Source: a virus. From it: DNA of 42,095 bases. Shown piece after piece: positions 26,034-32,472 of the stretch. The stretch lies in IMG/VR virus record IMGVR_UViG_3300045988_011437, positions 1 through 42,095 of that record. One strand, written 5' to 3'. Position 1 is the stretch's first letter. Each line of letters opens with the position of its first letter. The notes beneath the pieces were generated by a model. That model saw nothing but the letters and a program-made list of their open reading frames with translations, searched no databases and was not told the DNA's origin. A program made the translations under genes and the position numbers.

Positions 26034-26456
26034 TTGGCCGAGTTTACCAACGCCAATATCGTGACTGTGGCCGCAGGGCAGAATGTGCCTCTGACGGAAA
26101 CCGCGGTCAACAGCAAACCGTGCATCGTACACCGTGAGGGTGCCGGGGTGGTGACGCTGCGTGGACTGACGAACCAGTGCAGAGCACTGTACAAAGTCAC
26201 TTACGGCGGCAACATCGCCATTCCCACCGGCGGCGCCGTGGGAGCCATCACCGCTGCGCTGGCCGTCAATGGCGAGGCGCTGACCAGCGCCACAGCGACG
26301 GTGACGCCAGCTGCCGTGGAAAACTATTTCAATATCTATGTTTCCGCACAGGTGTGCGTGCCGAAGGGCTGCTGCCTGACGGTCGCCATGAAGAACACCA
26401 GTACGCAGGCGGTCAGCTTTGCCAACAGCAATCTGACCGTTGAGAGAATTGCGTGA
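26034..26456 (+). CDS. BclA-C-terminal-domain-like / C1q-TNF-like jelly-roll protein (putative)
   Basis: TTG 26034 lies 8 nt after AGGAG. The beta-rich pattern (...VTLRG...ALYKVTYGGNIA...LAVNGEAL...NSNLTVERIA) parallels the BclA C-terminal domain layout, which ends ...ASIIIEKVA. By recollection only. Confidence 0.45.
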   Translation: MAEFTNANIVTVAAGQNVPLTETAVNSKPCIVHREGAGVVTLRGLTNQCRALYKVTYGGNIAIPTGGAVGAITAALAVNGEALTSATATVTPAAVENYFNIYVSAQVCVPKGCCLTVAMKNTSTQAVSFANSNLTVERIA

Positions 26457-26469
26457 GAGGAGGGACGAC

Positions 26470-26889
26470 ATGAACATGAAGGAACTTTTCGGCATCCGCG
26501 AGATGCTGTGTGACGAGCTTTCCGAGTATGCCGGCAAGCAGGAGATGGGCACCGGGGAGCTGGACGTGATCCACAAGTTAACGGCCTCTATCAAGAACAT
26601 TGATAAGATCGCCATGTTTGAGAGCGGCGGGTACAGCCGTGACGACGGGTATTCCCGCGAGGATGGGTATTCCCGCGGCGGCGACTGGGATGCAAGCATC
26701 CGGGGTACGTATGGGCGCGGCAGCTCGTACCGGCGCAAGAGAGACTCTATGGGCCGGTATAGCCGCGATGACGGGTATTCACGCGATGGGCATGCCAAAG
26801 ATGTGATCGAGCGCATGATGCAGGATACCGATGATCCCAACGTGAAAGAGGCACTGCGGCAGTGCATGCACGTGGTGGAGAAGGGCTGA
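26470..26889 (+). CDS. Hypothetical protein with GYSR(D/E)D repeats between helical ends
   Basis: ATG 26470 lies 6 nt after GGAGGG. It contains GGYSRDDGYSREDGYSRGG ... GRYSRDDGYSRDG. Confidence 0.55.
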   Translation: MNMKELFGIREMLCDELSEYAGKQEMGTGELDVIHKLTASIKNIDKIAMFESGGYSRDDGYSREDGYSRGGDWDASIRGTYGRGSSYRRKRDSMGRYSRDDGYSRDGHAKDVIERMMQDTDDPNVKEALRQCMHVVEKG

Positions 26890-26938
26890 CGTTGCTAACA
26901 CGTAGCTAACAAAGCGGAAAACGGGCAAAAACAAAAAA

Positions 26939-26968
26939 CCTCGGAACCCTTGTGGTTCCGAGGTTTTT
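26939..26968. terminator. Bidirectional intrinsic terminator (A-run / 10-bp stem / T-run)
   Basis: AAAAAA CCTCGGAACC CTTGT GGTTCCGAGG TTTTT. Confidence 0.8.
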
Positions 26969-26969
26969 C

Positions 26970-27014
26970 TGGTGCGCGGTACAGGACTCGAACCTGTGAC
27001 CCCATGCACGTCAA
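26970..27014 (-). other. attP core: 3' portion of a tRNA gene (anticodon loop to CCA)
   Basis: The reverse complement reads TTGACGT GCATG GGGTC ACAGG TTCGAGT CCTGT ACCGCGC A CCA. This gives a canonical T-arm, acceptor 3' strand and CCA, with a loop compatible with anticodon GAC (Val). No D-arm or 5' acceptor strand is present. It lies about 100 bp from the integrase gene. Confidence 0.75.
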
Positions 27015-27112
27015 TTATGGTGCACAAATATTTGCAACTATTTATGAGGTCTTAGGCGAATTTTTGCGGTTGTTTTACATGAAACTGTGACGTAAATCCT
27101 CGTGAAGCTTTT

Positions 27113-28216
27113 TCAGGTCTTTTCGGTTACTGACAAATTACTAACACTCTCCACTGCTGATATGAGTTTTTCGGTGTCGGCGTGGACGTAGATGTTGGCG
27201 GTGGTAGAGAAGTCGGCGTGGCCGAGTATCTTTTGCAGCACGTCCGGCTGGATGCCGGCGTTACGCGCCCAGGTGGCGTAGGTATGACGGGTGGCGTGGG
27301 GCGTGTGCTTTGGGATGCCGAGCTTTTCCAGCAGAGGGTAAAAGTCACGTTTGCGGTAATTGGCGGGGATGCGCTGCCCGTCGTAGCCGGACAAGAGCAG
27401 ATCGCCGTCGGCACGACCGGCAAAGTAGGCAAAATACTTTCTGCCCTCCGGGCGGATGGGGATGACGCGGTTTTTTCCGGCTTCCGTCTTTTCGCCACCG
27501 ATCACATACGTCTCGTGGTAGTCTGCAAGCGGCAAGGAAAACAATTCTCCGATACGCATACCGGTGTAGATCAGCATGAGGGCGATTTTGGCGGCGTCGG
27601 AGCCGTCTTTTTCCAATAGCGCGATCTCGTCATCTGTAAAGATGGCTTTTTCTTTTTTTACCTGCTGGGGCAGCTTGACGTATTTGGCAAAGTCAGTGGT
27701 GGCGATCTCTTCCCGGACAGCCCAGCGGGACATCTGCGTCATAAGCTGCTTGTATTTGGACAGGGTGGAGTTGGACTTTGCCATGTTGCTGTCGATGATC
27801 GCCTGAAAATCCTTTGTGCGAAGGTCGCGGAATTTCCGGGGATACAGACTGGTGCAGACCTTATAGGCCTGGTTGTAGGACTCTATTCCCTGCGGACCTA
27901 TTTCACGGAAGTGTTCTGCTTTCCATTCCGCAAACACCTCAGAGAACGTCATGTTGAATTTTTCTTCGATTGGTTTGCCGGAGAGCTTTTCCAGCGCGGC
28001 CAGTGCGTCGGTCTTGCGTTCGTAGTAGCCGATGATCACATGATTTTTGGCGGCAGCCCAGGGGCGTGTACGGCGACCTGAGAGCTTGTAAACCGTGCCG
28101 GCACCGTTGGGGCGCTTCAGGGCTTTGCGGGTTTCTTTGACCTGCTTTTTGCCGCAGATATGACAGTAAACGGCGCCGGGGACAAGCTCGACGCCGCATT
28201 TTATACAGGTGGACAT
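27113..28216 (-). CDS. int: Tyrosine integrase with N-terminal zinc ribbon
   Basis: 367 aa. N-terminus CIKCGVELVPGAVYCHICG. Catalytic region is TGMRIGEL ... HATRHTYATWARNAG ... LGHADFSTTANIYVH. Confidence 0.9.
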   Translation of the reverse strand: MSTCIKCGVELVPGAVYCHICGKKQVKETRKALKRPNGAGTVYKLSGRRTRPWAAAKNHVIIGYYERKTDALAALEKLSGKPIEEKFNMTFSEVFAEWKAEHFREIGPQGIESYNQAYKVCTSLYPRKFRDLRTKDFQAIIDSNMAKSNSTLSKYKQLMTQMSRWAVREEIATTDFAKYVKLPQQVKKEKAIFTDDEIALLEKDGSDAAKIALMLIYTGMRIGELFSLPLADYHETYVIGGEKTEAGKNRVIPIRPEGRKYFAYFAGRADGDLLLSGYDGQRIPANYRKRDFYPLLEKLGIPKHTPHATRHTYATWARNAGIQPDVLQKILGHADFSTTANIYVHADTEKLISAVESVSNLSVTEKT

Positions 28217-28238
28217 AGGGATACCTCACAAAAGAATA

Positions 28239-28282
28239 ACAAGAAACTTGTGAATTACGTCTATTGAAAACAAGAAACTTGT
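28239..28282. promoter_or_regulatory. Two copies of the 13-bp palindrome ACAAGAAACTTGT, 31 bp apart, in the integrase upstream region
   Basis: Copies at 28239..28251 and 28270..28282, read directly. The upstream copy lies inside the spacer of a possible minus-strand promoter TTGTAC-17-TTCAAT. Confidence 0.5.
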
Positions 28283-28324
28283 CATGTACAATGTCTGTGT
28301 AAAATAGAACAAATGTTTTATACG

Positions 28325-28894
28325 TTAAGGCCTGGCGTGTGGGTCCTTTGTGTAACGCAGGGCCACGATAAAAACGGCGGCAAAAATGCCGATGCCGACG
28401 GCAAGCAGCAAAAAGACGATCCATGCGAATATGCTGGCCTCTCCGCCCTGAATAAGCCCCTGGTTGGGCACACGGTAGTCAAAGAAGATATAGCCCACGA
28501 TAACCGCCAAAAATATGGCACACACAAGCATGAGGCCGTAAATGGCAAATTGGGTGATCCGCGTTTTTTTGCGCTGGTAATCAATGGTTTTCGCCATCTG
28601 CTCCATGCTGCCCTCAAGACGGGCAATCTCCAGCTCGTTATGGTGGTCGTGCTGCAGCTGGGCCATCTGATCCTCCGGGGGCAGCATTTCTATGATGCCG
28701 AAATACCGGTCCAGGGACACGCCGAGAACGGCGCAGATGGCGCCGGCATTATAGACGTTGGGCGCCTTGGATTTGGTAGCAAAAAAGTTCCCGATGGTGG
28801 ATATTGAAATTCCGGTTTCGTCTGCCAGGTCCTGAATGGTGATATTCTGGCGGTCCCTTGCTTCGCGACACAATTCCTTTAACGTATCTTCCAT
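28325..28894 (-). CDS. Membrane-anchored XRE-family HTH protein
   Basis: N-terminal HTH ITIQDLADETGISISTIGNFF. Two C-terminal TM segments: FAIYGLMLVCAIFLAVIVGYIFF and IFAWIVFLLLAVGIGIFAAVFIV. Confidence 0.7.
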   Translation of the reverse strand: MEDTLKELCREARDRQNITIQDLADETGISISTIGNFFATKSKAPNVYNAGAICAVLGVSLDRYFGIIEMLPPEDQMAQLQHDHHNELEIARLEGSMEQMAKTIDYQRKKTRITQFAIYGLMLVCAIFLAVIVGYIFFDYRVPNQGLIQGGEASIFAWIVFLLLAVGIGIFAAVFIVALRYTKDPHARP

Positions 28895-28906
28895 TTTTCC
28901 CCTCTT

Positions 28907-28973
28907 TTCCCCTTTTTGGCGGTCAATTATCCTAATTCTGTTGCGAGAAAACAGCGGTTTCCCCTTTTTGGCG
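28907..28973. repeat. Perfect 15-bp direct repeat TTCCCCTTTTTGGCG x2, 52 bp apart, upstream of the membrane HTH gene
   Basis: Copies at 28907..28921 and 28959..28973, read directly. Confidence 0.5.
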
Positions 28974-29086
28974 TTGACAGACCCAACTTAAAACTGCTAC
29001 GGTAAAGCCGCAGCAGACAGGCGTGATGGTTGGCGTGGCTGCTGCAAGTCCCCGCCGCCGTTGCGGAGGCGGCGGGGACGGCTGAA

Positions 29087-29317
29087 CTAAGGTTTGCATA
29101 CAGAGCAGGCGGTGTAACCGCTGGCAATGGCTTTGGACAGAGATATTTCGTAGCAACTGTCTTTTAGGTAGCGGCAAGACCAGCGGTGGTACTTCCCCCC
29201 TGTTTCTGTGATATAAACGGTTTTGCTGTCAGCTTTTTCTTGTGTTGTAGTTGTGTCTGAGCATGCGGTTAAAAACAGCATGGACGCAGCCATGACAGAG
29301 CAAATAAAACGTTTCAT
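29087..29317 (-). CDS. Small lipoprotein with C-terminal Cys/His motif
   Basis: Lipobox LFLTAC. C-terminus GGKYHRWSCRYL...AIASGYTACSVCKP loosely resembles Ada-type zinc-binding motifs. Confidence 0.65.
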   Translation of the reverse strand: MKRFICSVMAASMLFLTACSDTTTTQEKADSKTVYITETGGKYHRWSCRYLKDSCYEISLSKAIASGYTACSVCKP

Positions 29318-29721
29318 TTTTTCTCTCCCCAGTTGCTTCCATAAAACTTACGTTCACGTTTCTTTTTTACGCCGTCCACTATGGTGAAAACGACCATCCA
29401 AATAAGAAGAAGCCCCAAACCACATATAATAACTAAACCAAAAATATCACCGGCGGATAAATGCTTTTCCACGGGTGCCTCATCGTCTGCGTATGTGGTT
29501 GTTGGCGGAGGATCAGAAGCAAGGCCGTTGTCGACAAGCGCATCATGGTAGCCGTCATAGTACCCATCATCGTACCCATCCATAAGCCCGTTGTCGTATG
29601 CACTTTCCATATCATCCTTGTCGTAATAACAGCCCGGCAAAAACAAAGAGATTGATATAGAAAGCACAATGATGGGAATAGCGTGAGTTAATTTCGTAAA
29701 AATACGCCCCCTTTCTGGCAC
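29314..29721 (-). CDS. Lipoprotein / membrane protein (D/Y/G-rich ectodomain, C-terminal TM segment)
   Basis: GTG start. Lipobox LFLPGC. C-terminal TM segment IFGLVIICGLGLLLIWMVVFTIV. A TTGCAA-16-TATAAT promoter-like element sits at 29751..29724 on the minus strand, so the exact start is uncertain. Confidence 0.6.
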   Translation of the reverse strand: MPERGRIFTKLTHAIPIIVLSISISLFLPGCYYDKDDMESAYDNGLMDGYDDGYYDGYHDALVDNGLASDPPPTTTYADDEAPVEKHLSAGDIFGLVIICGLGLLLIWMVVFTIVDGVKKKRERKFYGSNWGEKK

Positions 29722-29886
29722 CTATTATATAACTTGGTGAAGAAATTGCAATGGTAAGGCGGGGATTTTAGTACAACTAAATAAAACATGGGATAGAAAT
29801 TGGACGATTTGACGAAGGAATGAGGGAGAAAATGGACAGAGAGTTGATGGACCGGTTTGTTCAGCTGGGGGAGGCGGAGAAAGACA

Positions 29887-30312
29887 TTATTCTTGCGGCG
29901 GCAAAAGCCCTTTTATCTGGAGGAGAAGCATCTCCTTCTGCTCCGGCGTAAGGCGGGACAGCAAAGACAGCATTTCAAGATCGCGCTCATCGGTAACGGT
30001 GGGCGCGGTTTCTTCCGTTTTTTTAGGTCTTTTCATCTTATCTAAAAAATTGGTTGCATTTAACAAGCCGTTATCTCTTGCGGTTAATTCTAAAATACTT
30101 GGGAAATATTTAGGATCTATTAGTAATTCATCAGTTGTTATATTTAGCGCGGAGGCTATTTTTAATAATCGGTCAATGGGGATTTTCTCGGTTTTGCCTG
30201 ATCCGTACCGTTGTAATGTTGCGGGGCTAATGCCTGTTGCTTGCGAAAGATCATTATAATTCATATTGGCAAAAAACATAGCCCGCCTTATATTTTCACT
30301 GATATATGACAT
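29887..30312 (-). CDS. CI-like repressor (XRE HTH)
   Basis: ATG 30312 lies 6 nt after AAAGGTG. HTH region is NYNDLSQATGISPATLQRYGSGK. It is divergent from the cro-like gene. Confidence 0.8.
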   Translation of the reverse strand: MSYISENIRRAMFFANMNYNDLSQATGISPATLQRYGSGKTEKIPIDRLLKIASALNITTDELLIDPKYFPSILELTARDNGLLNATNFLDKMKRPKKTEETAPTVTDERDLEMLSLLSRLTPEQKEMLLLQIKGLLPPQE

Positions 30313-30337
30313 ATAGTTCACACCTTTCTTACGCATT

Positions 30338-30366
30338 ATTAAAGCAAAACAAATTTAATGTGTCAA
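30338..30366 (-). promoter_or_regulatory. Candidate repressor promoter TTGACA-17-TTTAAT
   Basis: Minus-strand TTGACA at 30366..30361 and TTTAAT at 30343..30338. Both lie upstream of the RBS of the repressor gene. Confidence 0.5.
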
Positions 30367-30420
30367 CCTCAAAATTGATGTATGCTATAAAATTATTATT
30401 AAAAAATATCAAAAATAATA

Positions 30421-30449
30421 TTGACAAAGTTTTAATTGAGTTTTATAAT
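30421..30449 (+). promoter_or_regulatory. Early rightward promoter, perfect consensus TTGACA-17-TATAAT
   Basis: TTGACA at 30421..30426 and TATAAT at 30444..30449, read directly. The cro-like gene starts 42 nt downstream. Confidence 0.75.
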
Positions 30450-30490
30450 CGAATTATCTTAAAAATGATTTTGAAAGGAGGGCAGTATAC

Positions 30491-30697
30491 ATGGTTGACA
30501 GCAAGAAGCTGCGCGGCAAAATTGCAGAGGCTGGCATGACAAAGACGAAGTTTGCGCGTTGTATTGGAATGACATACAATTCTCTGGCATCTAAAATGAA
30601 CGGGGATAGTCCGTTTAAAGTAAGTGAGGCATCTGAAATAGCGGTGCTGCTTAATTTGACCAATGAAGAGATTGTTTCTATTTTTTTTGCTCGATGA
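30491..30697 (+). CDS. Cro-like HTH regulator
   Basis: 68 aa with GAAAGGAGGG RBS. HTH region is MTKTKFARCIGMTYNSLASKMNG. Confidence 0.75.
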   Translation: MVDSKKLRGKIAEAGMTKTKFARCIGMTYNSLASKMNGDSPFKVSEASEIAVLLNLTNEEIVSIFFAR

Positions 30698-30764
30698 AAA
30701 TCAAAAATGATTTATGTAATCAAAAATGAAGCTACGATAAGCGGCTGAAGATGGAGGGAAAGAA

Positions 30765-30974
30765 ATGAGCAGGATCGTTACATTGACGCCGCAGGACGCG
30801 ACGCTGTACCTGCGGGAGCGTGGGCTGGGCATGACGACAGACACACTGCGGCAGGGCATCAAGCAGGGGGTGTACCCCTTCGGGCTGGTGATCGAGCTGG
30901 ACAAGAGCCCAGTGTATCAGATCTTCAAGAAGCAGCTGGACGCATGGATCGCGGAGAGGACGGTGGAGGAATGA
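30765..30974 (+). CDS. Excisionase-like / MerR-type small DNA-binding protein
   Basis: 69 aa. LTPQDATLYLRERGLGMTTDTLRQGIKQG. Confidence 0.55.
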   Translation: MSRIVTLTPQDATLYLRERGLGMTTDTLRQGIKQGVYPFGLVIELDKSPVYQIFKKQLDAWIAERTVEE

Positions 30975-31060
30975 GTTGGTTTGCATGGACGCTGGCGTTT
31001 ATCGGCGCGGCGTGGCTTAGCTGGGCTATCGTCAAGGGCGTGGAGGCGCTGGGGCGATGA
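30971..31060 (+). CDS. Possible 29-aa membrane peptide
   Basis: MSWFAWTLAFIGAAWLSWAIVKGVEALGR, with ATGA overlaps at both ends. RBS spacing is poor. Confidence 0.3.
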   Translation: MSWFAWTLAFIGAAWLSWAIVKGVEALGR

Positions 31061-31545
31061 GAGAGCGGAACAGGCGGGCGCGGGAATACTCCCAGCTATG
31101 CCGCACCAGACGATGGTGCAAGCGTATGTGGGTTGTGGCAATCGTTTTGTGGGTGATGCTGCTGGTGCTGGTGGCGTGGTGCCTGACGCTGCCGCCGGTG
31201 CAGGAGGACGTGGTGCAGTCACCGCCCACGGCGGAGATCGCGGAGCCGGAGGCGGAGAACGTGCTGGTATGCGACATCACCGGGTACTGCGCGTGCTGCA
31301 CGCCCTACGCCCACATGAACCAGCGGGACGGCAAGGTGCTGACGGCCTCCGGCCTGTGGGTGGACATCGGCGAGGCCGTGGCGGTAGACCCGGACGTTAT
31401 CCCGCTGGGCAGCACCGTGACGCTGGGCGGCAAGACTTACATCGCAGCCGATACCGGTGTGTACGGATACACGGTGGACGTGCTGATGAGCCACGAGGAC
31501 GCGGCGCAGGCCGGTGTGGTGAAAGCGCTGGTGAAGTGGGAATGA
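31057..31545 (+). CDS. Membrane-anchored 3D-domain protein (MltA/RlpA-like double-psi barrel, peptidoglycan-active)
   Basis: TM segment WVVAIVLWVMLLVLVAWCL. The stretch ITGYCACCT...GKVLTASG...AVAVDPDVIPLGSTV.LGGKTYIAADTG....YTVDVL matches the 3D-domain pattern. Confidence 0.7.
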   Translation: MRERNRRAREYSQLCRTRRWCKRMWVVAIVLWVMLLVLVAWCLTLPPVQEDVVQSPPTAEIAEPEAENVLVCDITGYCACCTPYAHMNQRDGKVLTASGLWVDIGEAVAVDPDVIPLGSTVTLGGKTYIAADTGVYGYTVDVLMSHEDAAQAGVVKALVKWE

Positions 31546-31763
31546 TCGGACTGGTGAACCGGACGGCTCCGCCCTGCAAGGGCTGCCAGCGCAGACACGC
31601 GATGTGCCACGGGGAGTGCGAGGACTACAAAGCGTTCCGGCGGGACGTTGAGGCCGACAAGGCGAAACGCTACGCATCGTACAGCGAGGGTGATTTTTAC
31701 AGCATGAACAGCGCAAGGCGCGAGAACGCCAAAAAGGCGATAAGAAAGAGGGATGGAAGATGA
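31542..31763 (+). CDS. Small Cys-rich protein
   Basis: ATGA overlap. PPCKGCQRRHAMCHGECEDY. Confidence 0.5.
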   Translation: MIGLVNRTAPPCKGCQRRHAMCHGECEDYKAFRRDVEADKAKRYASYSEGDFYSMNSARRENAKKAIRKRDGR

Positions 31764-32278
31764 ACCGACTGAAGGAACGGCGGCTGGAGCTGGGGCTGAC
31801 GCAGGAGGCGGTCAGCGGCATTCTGAAGCTGGCAGACCCCCGGATGGACGTGAGCATGGTGAGCCGGTTTGAAAACGGCGTGTGCCTGCCCACGGAGGAA
31901 GTCACCGAGGCGCTGGAGGCGGCGCTGTGGGCCAGCAGGGCGTATCTGTTCGGCGAGGACGAGAAAGCCGAATTGCCCATGCGGACGGCGGAGACGGAGC
32001 GGGTCGCCGGTCTGATCCCCAAGGGACGCAGGAACGCCATCAGCCGGGAAGACCTGGCGGCGGCGCTGCACACCACCGACCGGAAGATGCGAAAGGCGGT
32101 TGCCGAGGCAAAGACGCAGGGCGTGATGATCTGCAACGACGGGGACGGGTACTACCAGAGCGACGAGCTGAGCGACCTGTGGCGGCAATACAGGCGGGAG
32201 ACGGCGCGGGCTAAGTCTATCCTCAAGGCGCGAAAGCCTATGCGGGACGTGCTGAAAGCGGCGGGGAGGCCGGTATGA
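31760..32278 (+). CDS. XRE-HTH protein with winged-helix-like C-terminal domain
   Basis: LKERRLELGLTQEAVSGIL...VSRFENG. ATGA overlap with the previous gene. Confidence 0.65.
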   Translation: MNRLKERRLELGLTQEAVSGILKLADPRMDVSMVSRFENGVCLPTEEVTEALEAALWASRAYLFGEDEKAELPMRTAETERVAGLIPKGRRNAISREDLAAALHTTDRKMRKAVAEAKTQGVMICNDGDGYYQSDELSDLWRQYRRETARAKSILKARKPMRDVLKAAGRPV

Positions 32279-32472
32279 TGCGAGTTAAAAAGAAAAGATG
32301 GGAGCGCAGAGACACCGGCGTTTTGTACATCTGCGATGATTGCGGTGCGGAGTTTGAAGACCCGGCCATGTGTACCTACAAAAATTACCCGGACGGCGAG
32401 TTCGGTGAGGAAATGACAGAATACCAATGCCCGTATTGCGGCAGTGAGTATGTGGGAAAGGCGGAAGAATAA
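32275..32472 (+). CDS. Zinc-ribbon protein
   Basis: CDDCG ... CPYCG. 65 aa, with overlapping start and stop codons. Confidence 0.55.
   Translation: MMRVKKKRWERRDTGVLYICDDCGAEFEDPAMCTYKNYPDGEFGEEMTEYQCPYCGSEYVGKAEE

Noticed and set aside
26970-27014. A tRNA gene on the minus strand.
   Set aside because: Only the anticodon loop, 3' anticodon stem strand, variable loop, T-arm and acceptor 3' strand are present. The D-arm and 5' acceptor strand are missing, so this is an attP fragment and not a functional tRNA.
29832-29951. 39-codon plus-strand ORF (MDRELMDRFVQLGEAEKDIILAAAKALLSGGEASPSAPA) with a GAGGGAG RBS, partly antisense to the repressor 3' end.
   Set aside because: Its helical pattern is what the antisense of an amphipathic L/E/K-rich repressor tail produces. 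It overlaps the repressor coding region by 65 nt and has no supporting terminator or promoter. It is kept only as a remote possibility.
30981-31763. 260-aa plus-strand ORF spanning the early region.
   Set aside because: It runs out of frame across the 3D-domain gene and gives an R/G/A-rich translation. Only its last 74 codons (31542..31763) coincide with a plausible gene that has an ATGA-coupled start.
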